A DNA stretch of 64,000 nt from Bacteroidales bacterium (GTDB taxonomy: Bacteria; Bacteroidota; Bacteroidia; Bacteroidales; F082): the NCBI GenBank assembly GCA_016936505.1, contig JAFGXS010000034.1, positions 25,266 to 89,265 on the forward strand. The letters are read 5' to 3'. The notes under the pieces were generated by a model. It saw nothing but the letters and a program-made list of their open reading frames with translations. It ran no database searches and was not told the origin of the DNA. Position numbers and translations under genes: made by a program. Positions 39,701 to 49,035 of the stretch are shown here, one piece after another; position 1 is the first letter of the stretch; each line of letters opens with the position of its first letter.

Positions 39701-39714
39701 AAATAATATTTATG
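39698..39714. promoter_or_regulatory. LysR recognition box CATAAAT-AAT-ATTTATG (T-N11-A; TNA-N7-TNA)
   Basis: Perfect 7-bp inverted repeat overlapping the LysR start codon, upstream of the dabB -7 box TATTTTTG (39759-39766). Confidence 0.7.
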
Positions 39715-39808
39715 ATTTCTATTACAAATATAAATAAACATTTATATAACACATGATATATTTTTGCAAACAAAATTAGGATCCCGTAACAAGAAACAAC
39801 TATAAATT

Positions 39809-41386
39809 ATGAGTCAGGACATGATGGTAAGCATTATCGTATTGGTTTCTCCGTTATTATTTGTTTTAACATCCATTCTGTCTAAGTACTACAACAAACA
39901 GAAAACAACTTCCGTTATAAAATTTGCAAAATTTTCATCTCTTTTTGCATTGTTAGCTGCCATCGTTGCTTCGGTTATTGTCATTAGCCGGGGAGTGATT
40001 AACAGCACGTTTTGGGAGTTTTCAGGACTGGGAATTTCAGTCAGATTAGACAGCGTAAGCCTTATAATGTTTTCGATGGTTGCCCTTTTGTCAATAGTAA
40101 TTATCCGCTACAGCGGGAATTATCTTGATGGCGATGAACGACAGGGAATTTTTATGGGCCGACTTTCGGCCACCATTGCATCTGTTCAGCTACTGGTTAT
40201 TTCCGGAAACCTGTTTTTGTTGTTCATAGCCTGGGTAGGTACCAGTCTGGCACTTCATCGGTTACTAATTTACTATCCTGACAGAAAAAGAGCTCAGATT
40301 GCTGCCAAAAAGAAATTTATTATTGCCCGGCTGGCAGACCTTTTATTGCTTACCTCGATTATTTTACTGTACCTTCATTTTCATACCGCAGAGCTTCGAT
40401 TGATTTTCAGCAGCATTAAGAATAACCCTAACGGAACCTCTGATACCATTGAAATTGCCGCTGTTTTAATGGCATTTTCTGCATTGTTGAAATCTGCACA
40501 ATTTCCTACACACGGCTGGTTAATTGAAGTAATGGAAACCCCCACACCGGTTTCATCTCTTTTGCATGCCGGATTACTAAATGCAGGCCCTTTTCTGATG
40601 GTACGAATGGCTTTTGTTATTCAGTCGAGCACTTATGCTCCGGTAGTACTGATTGTAGTTGGAGGATTCAGCGCTTTATTTGCTTCAGTAGTATTTCTTA
40701 CACAGCCATCTATTAAAACCGCACTCGGATATTCGTCAATGGCGCACATGGGATTTTCCTTAATGTTATCCGGCTTCGGTGTTTATTCTGCGGCCATGCT
40801 CCATTTAGTAGCTCATTCTTTTTATAAAGCCCACAGTTTCCTTTCTTCAGGTAGTATTATTGATAACATTAAGAATTCATCAATAGATTTACCCAAACGA
40901 AAAGGAAGTATACCACGGATTATTCTGGGTTTTATTCTTTCTATTGTTGTTTATTTGGGTATTGCATGGCTTTGGAATGTTAAAACATCAAACGAATTGG
41001 CACTTTTATCTATCGGATTAATTATTGTAGTAGGAACCACAAGACTTATCTCAGCTACAATCGATTCTGAAGGCAGTATAGTTACTACTATTAAGATTAT
41101 TTTACTAACAGGTGTAGTAACATCAGCCTTTTTCTTCCTTGAAAGAGGGATTCACAAACTACTCAGAGGAGAAATTCCAGAACTGTCTTCCCTCAGCCTG
41201 ACAGGTGATATTTTAATCATCTTATTCCTTGTATTATCAATAATTATTGTAGGTGCTCAGCTTAAAGGCCCTCTATTTAAAGCAAATACATTTTGGAAAA
41301 ACCAGGCGGTTCATTTCAGAAATGGCTGGTATTTAAATGCACGGTTTGATAATCTGATAGGAGCACTTAACAGGAAAAATCAATGA
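39809..41386 (+). CDS. dabB: DAB/Mps inorganic-carbon transporter membrane subunit (NuoL/ND5-like)
   Basis: YSGNYLDG, KSAQFPTHGWL..METPTPVSSLLHAGLLNAG, SIKTALGYSS.AHMGF, HLVAHSFYKA; overlaps dabA. Confidence 0.9.
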   Translation: MSQDMMVSIIVLVSPLLFVLTSILSKYYNKQKTTSVIKFAKFSSLFALLAAIVASVIVISRGVINSTFWEFSGLGISVRLDSVSLIMFSMVALLSIVIIRYSGNYLDGDERQGIFMGRLSATIASVQLLVISGNLFLLFIAWVGTSLALHRLLIYYPDRKRAQIAAKKKFIIARLADLLLLTSIILLYLHFHTAELRLIFSSIKNNPNGTSDTIEIAAVLMAFSALLKSAQFPTHGWLIEVMETPTPVSSLLHAGLLNAGPFLMVRMAFVIQSSTYAPVVLIVVGGFSALFASVVFLTQPSIKTALGYSSMAHMGFSLMLSGFGVYSAAMLHLVAHSFYKAHSFLSSGSIIDNIKNSSIDLPKRKGSIPRIILGFILSIVVYLGIAWLWNVKTSNELALLSIGLIIVVGTTRLISATIDSEGSIVTTIKIILLTGVVTSAFFFLERGIHKLLRGEIPELSSLSLTGDILIILFLVLSIIIVGAQLKGPLFKANTFWKNQAVHFRNGWYLNARFDNLIGALNRKNQ

Positions 41387-43902
41387 ACGCCATGAAATCA
41401 ATGACTCAAGACAATGAATCTCTGCAGCATTCTTTCGACAAAAAACATTTTTTGTCTATAGTAAAGACTAGTTGCGAAAAAATTGCTCCTTTTTGGTCAC
41501 TTGAAAACTTTGTGGCGGTAAATCCTTACCTGGGGTTAAGTCATTTGTCTTTTGAGGAGGCTGCTGACGTTTTGGAAAAAACCGCATCCATTCAAATGAC
41601 AATGCCTGTTTCTTTTTATCTCGATAAAATTAAATCAGGTCAAATATCTGTTGAAGACATTGAAAAGGCACAGCTTAAATTAGATAAAACAAGCATAATT
41701 GACGGGAAGCAATTTATCAGAAGTCTGAAACAGAAAAGTAACAATAAGAAAATTATCAGCCTGGTAACTGATGTGGCTTCAAAGGTCACAAAAAAGGATT
41801 GGAACGAATTATTTACCGACCGTATTACCTCATGGGCCTCTGTCTATTTTGATAAAGGACAAACCAGCTGGAGTGCGGTTGACAGAGGCAAAAACCTGTT
41901 TGTAAGCTGGCTCGAATATGCAATGATTGATGCAACTCCGCGAATTATGGGCATCAAATCATTCCGGCGTTCGGTTACTCTTCTTCCTGAGAACCCTGCT
42001 GAGGCTAAGTTATTTTGTATTGAACAACTCAAAGTTCCTGAAGAAGCTGTTGAACATTATCTTCATGCCCTACTGTTACGCATGGGAGGATGGTCGTCAT
42101 ATATATCAGGCTTAGACTGGGATAGCAATCTCTACGGTGGAAAAAAAGACCATTTAAGCGATTTCCTATCCATTTTATTGGGATGGGAATATACTCTGTT
42201 TCGGTTTTTGAAAGAAAACAAACTTGAAAACCATTGGTTAAAAACATCCTGGGAACTTCCCGATGTAATGGAAACCCACAACGAAGAGTTAAGAAGCCGT
42301 CTCATTCTGCATCAGGCTTATGAGTTCGCCCAACGAAAACAAGTGATTTCTGTGTTCAATTCTACAAAGAAATCTTCTGCAAAACCAGGAATCAAACCTT
42401 TGGTACAGGCAATTTTTTGTATTGATGTACGGTCGGAGATTTTTCGCAGAAATATAGAATTAATTGCACCTGAAGTTGAAACCATTGGCGCTGCTGGTTT
42501 TTTCGGATTTCCTGTTCAATACATGCCTCTGGGGCACAACAAAGGACTGAACCAATGCCCGGCTCTTATTCCCAGCACTTTTACTGTAAAAGAAAGCGTA
42601 AAAGGTGACTATAATAATAAAAAAGCCGTAAGAACACGAAAGTTCAGCCACCATCTGGAAAAGACCTGGAAAGGATTCAAACAGGGCGCCGTTTCAAATT
42701 TCAGCTTTGTCAGCCCGTTGGGTCTTACCTACCTGCCCAAAATATTTTTAGATGCCTTTGGGTTCACACGACCGGTTCCACAGACAAAACAATATGCTTT
42801 GCCCGGTAAAATATCAAAAAACCTCACCGTTACTGTTGATTTTAACGAACAACATCGAGAAACATCTGGCATTCCTTTCGACGAACAGGTTAAATTAGCC
42901 AAATCCTCTTTAAAAAGCATGACGCTTACATCAGAATTTTCCCGTCTTGTGCTCATTGCCGGACACGGTTCTTCATCGGTAAATAACCCGCATGCCAGTG
43001 GTCTTGATTGTGGAGCCTGCGGTGGTCATGCCGGTGATGTTAATGCACAGGTTGCAGCTAAAATTCTGAACAACGCTAAAGTTCGGAAAGCTTTGGTACA
43101 ACAGGGGATTACCATTTCCAACGAAACCCATTTTTTGGCAGGATTACACGATACAACTACCGATATTGTTACCCTTTTAAATGAAGAAACTGTTCCTTCA
43201 AGCCATCAGAAGGATTTACATCAGTTAAAAATTTGGTTGAACCTTGCCGGTCAGGCTGCCAGAACAGAACGTGCAGCCCGTTTTCATCAGGACAAGAATG
43301 ACAAAACCGGTTCAGGAATATTTAAAAGAAGTAAAGATTGGTCGCAAATACGTCCTGAATGGGGACTTGCCGGATGCCACACTTTTGTGGTTGCTCCGCG
43401 ACAAAGAACCAGCCCTATCAATTTGGACGGTAAATCGTTTCTACACAACTACGACTGGAAAAAAGACAAAGATTTCTCTGTACTCGAACTCATTATGACA
43501 GCGCCCATGGTGGTAACCAGTTGGATAAACCTGCAATATTTCGCTTCTACCGTTGACAATAAAAATTTAGGTGCGGGAAACAAAACTCTTCATAATGTTA
43601 CTTCAGGAATTGGTGTTTTAGAAGGATATTCGGGTGATTTAAGAATTGGCTTACCTTGGCAGTCAGTGCACGACGGAGAAAATTTCCAGCACCTCCCTTA
43701 CCTGTTAAATGTAATTATCGAAGCTCCTTTGGATGCCATAAACAATGTGTTATCGAAACACTCACAAATAAAAAATCTTTGTGATAACGGATGGATACAT
43801 TTAATGGTCATGCATGAGGAAGGTAAGATTTCACATGTTTATTCCGGAAACCATCACTGGGAAGAACTCCATGAGCCAGCTGAGAAAATGGCTGTAAAAT
43901 AG
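41383..43902 (+). CDS. dabA: DAB/Mps soluble subunit, DUF2309 (beta-carbonic-anhydrase-like)
   Basis: IAPFWSLENFVAVNP, FCIDVRSE, AGFFG, GHGS, LDCGACGG, HDTTTD, DWSQIRPEWGLA, TAPMVVTSWINLQY. Confidence 0.94.
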   Translation: MNAMKSMTQDNESLQHSFDKKHFLSIVKTSCEKIAPFWSLENFVAVNPYLGLSHLSFEEAADVLEKTASIQMTMPVSFYLDKIKSGQISVEDIEKAQLKLDKTSIIDGKQFIRSLKQKSNNKKIISLVTDVASKVTKKDWNELFTDRITSWASVYFDKGQTSWSAVDRGKNLFVSWLEYAMIDATPRIMGIKSFRRSVTLLPENPAEAKLFCIEQLKVPEEAVEHYLHALLLRMGGWSSYISGLDWDSNLYGGKKDHLSDFLSILLGWEYTLFRFLKENKLENHWLKTSWELPDVMETHNEELRSRLILHQAYEFAQRKQVISVFNSTKKSSAKPGIKPLVQAIFCIDVRSEIFRRNIELIAPEVETIGAAGFFGFPVQYMPLGHNKGLNQCPALIPSTFTVKESVKGDYNNKKAVRTRKFSHHLEKTWKGFKQGAVSNFSFVSPLGLTYLPKIFLDAFGFTRPVPQTKQYALPGKISKNLTVTVDFNEQHRETSGIPFDEQVKLAKSSLKSMTLTSEFSRLVLIAGHGSSSVNNPHASGLDCGACGGHAGDVNAQVAAKILNNAKVRKALVQQGITISNETHFLAGLHDTTTDIVTLLNEETVPSSHQKDLHQLKIWLNLAGQAARTERAARFHQDKNDKTGSGIFKRSKDWSQIRPEWGLAGCHTFVVAPRQRTSPINLDGKSFLHNYDWKKDKDFSVLELIMTAPMVVTSWINLQYFASTVDNKNLGAGNKTLHNVTSGIGVLEGYSGDLRIGLPWQSVHDGENFQHLPYLLNVIIEAPLDAINNVLSKHSQIKNLCDNGWIHLMVMHEEGKISHVYSGNHHWEELHEPAEKMAVK

Positions 43903-44053
43903 ACAGATCCTAAGGAAGAATCTAAGAATACAACGTTATCTTCAAACGCCGATTTCTGTTGCGTATAAATTAAATCCGTCTCCTAAAAATGAACCGTTCA
44001 AAAATTTCCTGTCGGTCAAACCCTTAAAAAGATATGTGTTGTACTTTTGTCCA

Positions 44054-45016
44054 ATGAATAATAACAATATTGACGAAGCGGCCCAAATCATTAAAAAAGG
44101 CGGCCTTGTTGCTTTTCCAACCGAAACTGTTTACGGATTGGGAGCCAATGCGCTGAACCCTATGGCGGTCGCCAAAATTTTTGAGTTAAAGGAACGACCA
44201 TCTTTCGACCCACTAATTATTCATATCGCCTCATACGACGACCTGAAAGCTTTATCAACTGAGGTTAACGAAAAAATAATGGCTTTGGCTAAACATTTCT
44301 GGCCCGGGCCTTTAACTATTGTTATGCCAAAAAGTTCAATTGTTCCCGAAATTGTTACTTCCGGACTTGATACCGTGGGCATTCGCATGCCAAACAATCC
44401 TATTGCCCTTGAGTTGATAACAAAAGCAGGTTGCCCGATAGCCGCTCCAAGCGCAAATAAATTCGGACAACTGAGTCCGGTTAATGCTCATCATGTAAAA
44501 AAGCAACTGCCCGATGTTGATTATATTCTTGATGGTGGGAACACTTCGGTAGGAATAGAATCCACCATTGTTTCTATTGATGGCGACATCTGCCATTTAC
44601 TGCGCCCCGGATTTATCACAATAGATGACATTGAAAAAGCGCTGCCCGATACATTTGTATTTGACATTGCAAAACCCGAAAAATTAGTTTCGCCAGGATT
44701 GCTCAAAAGCCATTACTCCCCCAAAAAACCTCTTTATATTCTGAACGATTCCATTCGGAGGCTGCCCGCAAACTCAGGCCTTATTTTACACGGCAGAAAT
44801 AATCAATTGTATTCTGCTGAAAAAATTATTTACACTTCTGAAACCCATGATAAGATAGAAATTACAGCTCATTTGTTTGACTCACTGCACAAAATGGAAG
44901 AAGATGAAAGTGTAAAAAACATTTTTATTGAGCCTGTCGAAGAAAAAGGGTTGGGTATTGCAATTATGGATCGGGTTAAAAAAGCCGCCTATCAATACAA
45001 TAATTCATCACTTTAA
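44054..45016 (+). CDS. sua5: L-threonylcarbamoyladenylate synthase (Sua5 type)
   Basis: VAFPTETVYGLGA, KERPSFDPLIIH, FWPGPLT, AAPSANKFG, GIESTI, SPGLLKSHYSP; own TACTTTTG box at 44042-44049. Confidence 0.95.
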   Translation: MNNNNIDEAAQIIKKGGLVAFPTETVYGLGANALNPMAVAKIFELKERPSFDPLIIHIASYDDLKALSTEVNEKIMALAKHFWPGPLTIVMPKSSIVPEIVTSGLDTVGIRMPNNPIALELITKAGCPIAAPSANKFGQLSPVNAHHVKKQLPDVDYILDGGNTSVGIESTIVSIDGDICHLLRPGFITIDDIEKALPDTFVFDIAKPEKLVSPGLLKSHYSPKKPLYILNDSIRRLPANSGLILHGRNNQLYSAEKIIYTSETHDKIEITAHLFDSLHKMEEDESVKNIFIEPVEEKGLGIAIMDRVKKAAYQYNNSSL

Positions 45017-45207
45017 ATAATACCAGATAACAAGATATCCACCTGAAAAAATAAATTTCAGTTACATTATATGACTTTTATCGGGTTCGAGAAAGATAAC
45101 CTTATCTCAGAATAACACATCAAACACCCAATAGTAACCGAAATATCTCAAACATCCAGCTTATTATTATCTTAACGGATAAATTTTATTTTTGAAAAAA
45201 ACATCTC

Positions 45208-45780
45208 ATGAACAAAGGACGTTTAGAAGCTTTCAGCGATGGTGTTTTGGCCATCATTATCACCATAATGGTATTGGAGATCAAGGTGCCCCACGGCTCA
45301 AGCTTTAAAGATCTCACCCCTATCATCCCTGTATTATTGAGCTATATTTTGAGCTTTATTTACATTGGAATTTACTGGAATAATCACCATCATATGATGC
45401 AAACCGTGAATAAAGTCTCAGGTAGTATTCTTTGGGCTAACCTTCATTTACTTTTTTGGCTTTCACTTATTCCTTTTGTTACAGGCTGGATAGGTGAAAA
45501 TCATTTTGGATCAAATCCAATGGCTTTGTATGGTTTTATTTTACTAATGTCTGCCATAGCCTATTTTATTCTGCAAACCCGAATTATTAAATCACAAGGT
45601 AAAGATTCTATTTTATCTCGGGCAGTTGGAAAAGATATCAAAGGAAAAATCTCTCCTATTCTGTACATCTTTGGAATCGGGTTTAGCTTTATCAGTCCAT
45701 GGATCTCAGGCAGCATTTATGTTTTGGTTGCCTGCCTCTGGCTAATTCCTGACAAAAGAATTGAAAGAATAATCCAATGA
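45208..45780 (+). CDS. TMEM175-family K+ channel (DUF1211)
   Basis: RLEAFSDGVLAIIITIMVLEI signature, SFIYIGIYWNNHH, NLHLLFWLSLIPF. Confidence 0.93.
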   Translation: MNKGRLEAFSDGVLAIIITIMVLEIKVPHGSSFKDLTPIIPVLLSYILSFIYIGIYWNNHHHMMQTVNKVSGSILWANLHLLFWLSLIPFVTGWIGENHFGSNPMALYGFILLMSAIAYFILQTRIIKSQGKDSILSRAVGKDIKGKISPILYIFGIGFSFISPWISGSIYVLVACLWLIPDKRIERIIQ

Positions 45781-45811
45781 AAAATACCAGTCTCCAGAAT
45801 GGAGACCGGTA
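45779..45811 (-). terminator. Intrinsic terminator
   Basis: TACCAGTCTCCA/TGGAGACCGGTA stem with an A6 run on the plus strand; ends the convergent minus-strand gene. Confidence 0.65.
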
Positions 45812-45828
45812 AATCAAAAAGCATCTGC

Positions 45829-46221
45829 TTAACCCTTGCTCAGCTTTCTTTCAATAATATTAGTAGCCACGAACCACAGTATCAACGACACGAGGTAAAT
45901 AAAAAATCCATAAAATGTGACAATCATGGATACTTTAACACCGGCAAATACGACGCTGGGTGAAATATTACCAACTTTTGCTATGTCGCTAAAGGCCATG
46001 TACAACCCGATAAGTTGTCCCAGAATCCCAGTAATAAAAGCGAATAAACCAATGGATCTTCCGTATCCCAGTTTGCGTAACACCTTGTTTGCATCCATTT
46101 TGGAAGTATAGCCGACAATAAAATAATACACAATCCAGGCAACCATGGTAATGAGTAAAATGGTAAGAACACCCATAAAACCAGGGCCTCCCATGTAAAA
46201 TAATTCTCCTAATGTTTTCAT
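45829..46221 (-). CDS. Small MotA/TolQ/ExbB-like membrane protein
   Basis: MGGPGFMG, GILGQLIGLYMAF, I....V..GVKVSMIVTFYG. Start refined from 46254. Confidence 0.7.
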   Translation of the reverse strand: MKTLGELFYMGGPGFMGVLTILLITMVAWIVYYFIVGYTSKMDANKVLRKLGYGRSIGLFAFITGILGQLIGLYMAFSDIAKVGNISPSVVFAGVKVSMIVTFYGFFIYLVSLILWFVATNIIERKLSKG

Positions 46222-46372
46222 AGTAATAAATTTTGTGATGAATACTGGAGCCAAATTACTATGTCAAAGAGGCAATAATCAAGGTCGAATCCGACCCTAA
46301 ACCGGTTGTTTGCCGACACAACATTGCAAGATTCAAAATTTTAACGAATTTCGTGCTAAATATTTGAAAAAA

Positions 46373-47137
46373 GTGAACATCAAATCATCCAATCCATCGT
46401 ATCATATTCTGTATATCATCCTTGTTTTTTTGGTTCTGACCCTCGTATTTGGTCATTCATGGGGAAACAGTATGGCGGCTTTTTATTTTGTGAGTATGCT
46501 CTTGCCTATTGTTTTGGGAACCTCTTATTTTTTCAATTATTTTCTGGTTCCCCATTATTACATGAAAAAAAGATTTGTAAGGTTCGGATTCTACACCTTC
46601 TATACTATGGTAGTTTCGATATACCTTGAAATGATTGTTTTGCTTTTTGCCTTTGTTTATCTTGTAAACTTCCGGTTCAGTAAAATCGGCCCCAATGCTT
46701 CCGATACCATTTTACTGGCAGTTATCCTCTATCTTTTGGTGTTTTTAGGTTCACTACTGTTGATGGCCCGTCAAATTAAAGAAAAACAACAACTCATTTC
46801 AGAACTGATGGCTGATAAGGAAAAAATGGAAAAACCTTTTCTTGAAATCATGTCGAACCGAAAAAAGGTAAAAGTGCCATTTGATGAGATTCTTTTTATT
46901 GAAAGCCTGTCGGATTACATTAAGGTTCATACGGTAAAAGAAGAGATTACCAGCAAAGAAAAAATAAGTAACATAGACGAAAGATTACCCGAAATGTTTT
47001 TGCGTATTCACAGGTCATTTATTGTGAACAAGCAAAGAATCAACAATTTTACTTATAACGAGATTGTTATTGGCGATACTTCACTAAACATAGGCAGAAG
47101 TTACAAGAAAACCGTGCGTGAGTCGCTTCAAAAGTAA
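46373..47137 (+). CDS. Membrane-anchored LytTR DNA-binding protein
   Basis: Four N-terminal TM helices, then ILFIESLSDYIKVH...FLRIHRSFIVN...IGRSYK. Start GTG 46373 inferred. Confidence 0.88.
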   Translation: MNIKSSNPSYHILYIILVFLVLTLVFGHSWGNSMAAFYFVSMLLPIVLGTSYFFNYFLVPHYYMKKRFVRFGFYTFYTMVVSIYLEMIVLLFAFVYLVNFRFSKIGPNASDTILLAVILYLLVFLGSLLLMARQIKEKQQLISELMADKEKMEKPFLEIMSNRKKVKVPFDEILFIESLSDYIKVHTVKEEITSKEKISNIDERLPEMFLRIHRSFIVNKQRINNFTYNEIVIGDTSLNIGRSYKKTVRESLQK

Positions 47138-47214
47138 ACCCACCCAAAAATATTTTCTAATTTCAGACAAAGTTTCGTTCGTCTGTTTTTGCAGAAGTTT
47201 AAATCTTTGATATT

Positions 47215-47615
47215 ATAACTCCAAAAGAACTGATACAACAATGGGTTACTTTATTTAACAATGCAGATTCTGAAAGAATCAGCGAATTGTACACCGACAA
47301 AACCATAACCACCAGGTAACCAACGATTGGGGATAAGGCAAAAAGAATATTCGTAAAATGTTTGAAGCTGAATTTGCTACAGCCGATATGACCTGTATTG
47401 TTGAAAATGTTTTTCAGGATGGAGAGTGGGGTATTCTTGAATGGAAAGATCCACTGGGACTCAGAGGTTGTGGATTTTTTCATGTTGTAGACGATAAAAT
47501 TCAATTCCAAAGAGGCTACTGGGATAAACTTTCTTTTTTACGACAGCATAAATTACCCATTCCCCCGGCATTAAGAAAAAGTATATTTCAAAAAGTTAAA
47601 ACATTGTCCAAATAA
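47215..47615 (+). pseudogene. SnoaL-like/NTF2 gene with ATA at the start position, a frameshift (~47308) and an internal stop (~47335)
   Basis: ITPKELIQQWVTLFNNADSERISELYTDKTI / HQVTNDWG*GKKNIRKMFEAEFA...LEWKDPLGLRGCGFF...RGYWDKLSF. Confidence 0.8.
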
Positions 47616-47686
47616 TCGACAGAGCAATTTATACTGTTTCTTAACAAGTAATTCCATACATTTACCGTAAATTCCGACAGAAAACC

Positions 47687-48343
47687 ATGACTGAATTAAA
47701 ATCCAGTAAAAAAAGAGCACGAACAGCCATTTTAATGATTTGGGTCGTTCTTATCAACCGGCTTATTTTTATTCCTTTTGCATTTCTTCAGTTTGTATTT
47801 ATATTTGGTCTTTATCAGGGTGTTGATTATGAAAAGCTTTATTATTTCAATCTAATATCAACCCTCATCATTAACTCTTCCCTGCTTTTGACATGGATCA
47901 TCTCAGCCATTACTTTTATTCTTTGGTTTCAACGGGCTTACGCAAACCTGCACCGAAAAATCAACTATCTTAACTATGAACCCTATTGGGCAAGCTTAGG
48001 ATGGTTTGTTCCGGTTCTCAACTTAATCAGACCATACCAGATTATGAATGAACTTACTACAGAGACAAAAGACTGGATAGAAAAACACCATCTCAATGTA
48101 ACTGAAAAATACAACACAAAGTATCCGGCTATATGGTGGGGAATCTGGCTTGTTATTATCAGTATAGATTTCCTGATCTATCTAATGTTTTACCAACTTC
48201 ACTCTATGAGCAGTACTGGCTTTCTTTCCTATAGTTTTTTGATTAACCTCCTGTACATTCCGCTTTCCATATTGATCATAAGAATTATTCATCAACATAC
48301 TGAGGCTGAACCTTTACTAAATCAGATTACTGAGAACGACTAA
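47687..48343 (+). CDS. DUF4328-like membrane protein
   Basis: FILWFQRAYANL, WASLGWFVPVLNLIRPYQIMNE, WWGIW. Confidence 0.8.
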   Translation: MTELKSSKKRARTAILMIWVVLINRLIFIPFAFLQFVFIFGLYQGVDYEKLYYFNLISTLIINSSLLLTWIISAITFILWFQRAYANLHRKINYLNYEPYWASLGWFVPVLNLIRPYQIMNELTTETKDWIEKHHLNVTEKYNTKYPAIWWGIWLVIISIDFLIYLMFYQLHSMSSTGFLSYSFLINLLYIPLSILIIRIIHQHTEAEPLLNQITEND

Positions 48344-48352
48344 ATCATAAAA

Positions 48353-49024
48353 ATGGAAGATTACGTAAATATGCTTATTCAGGAATTTGAACGGAATGCT
48401 GATCCGTTAAATGCTAAAGGGCAAAAAGCCTACATGAAAAATCAGTTCGATTTTTTAGGAATTAAGGCTCCCATCCGACAAAATATTCAGAAACCTTTCC
48501 TGGTTCAAACTTATCTTCCTGCTAAAACCCAATTGAATACTCTGGTAAAAAAACTTTGGAATCAACCTTACCGTGAATACCAATATTTTGGACAAGAACT
48601 GACATTAAAGTATTTCAAAACATTCGAAAAACAGGATATTAAACTGCTGGAATTTATGATCACTCACAAATCGTGGTGGGATACCACAGACTTTATCGCA
48701 GCCAAACCCGTTGGTTCTTATCTGAAGATCTATCCGGAAGAAAGAAAAACATTGACCGAAAAATGGCTAAAATCAGGAAATATATGGCTACAGCGTACGG
48801 CTATCCTTTTTCAATTGAAATACAAAAAAGATACAGATACAGAACTACTCTCCCATGTCATTAATTCACTTACCGGCTCCAAAGAGTTTTTCATCAACAA
48901 AGCCATTGGATGGGTTTTACGTGAATACGGAAAAACAAATCCTCAATGGGTTGTGGAATTTACCACAAAAACCAATCTGGGCAAATTAAGCAGCAAAGAA
49001 GCCTTAAGAAGAATAAATTATTAA
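48353..49024 (+). CDS. DNA alkylation repair protein (AlkD-like)
   Basis: AYMKNQFDFLGI, SWWDTTD, NIWLQRTAIL, EFFINKAIGWVLREYGK. Confidence 0.9.
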   Translation: MEDYVNMLIQEFERNADPLNAKGQKAYMKNQFDFLGIKAPIRQNIQKPFLVQTYLPAKTQLNTLVKKLWNQPYREYQYFGQELTLKYFKTFEKQDIKLLEFMITHKSWWDTTDFIAAKPVGSYLKIYPEERKTLTEKWLKSGNIWLQRTAILFQLKYKKDTDTELLSHVINSLTGSKEFFINKAIGWVLREYGKTNPQWVVEFTTKTNLGKLSSKEALRRINY

Positions 49025-49035
49025 CCCAAACCCAT

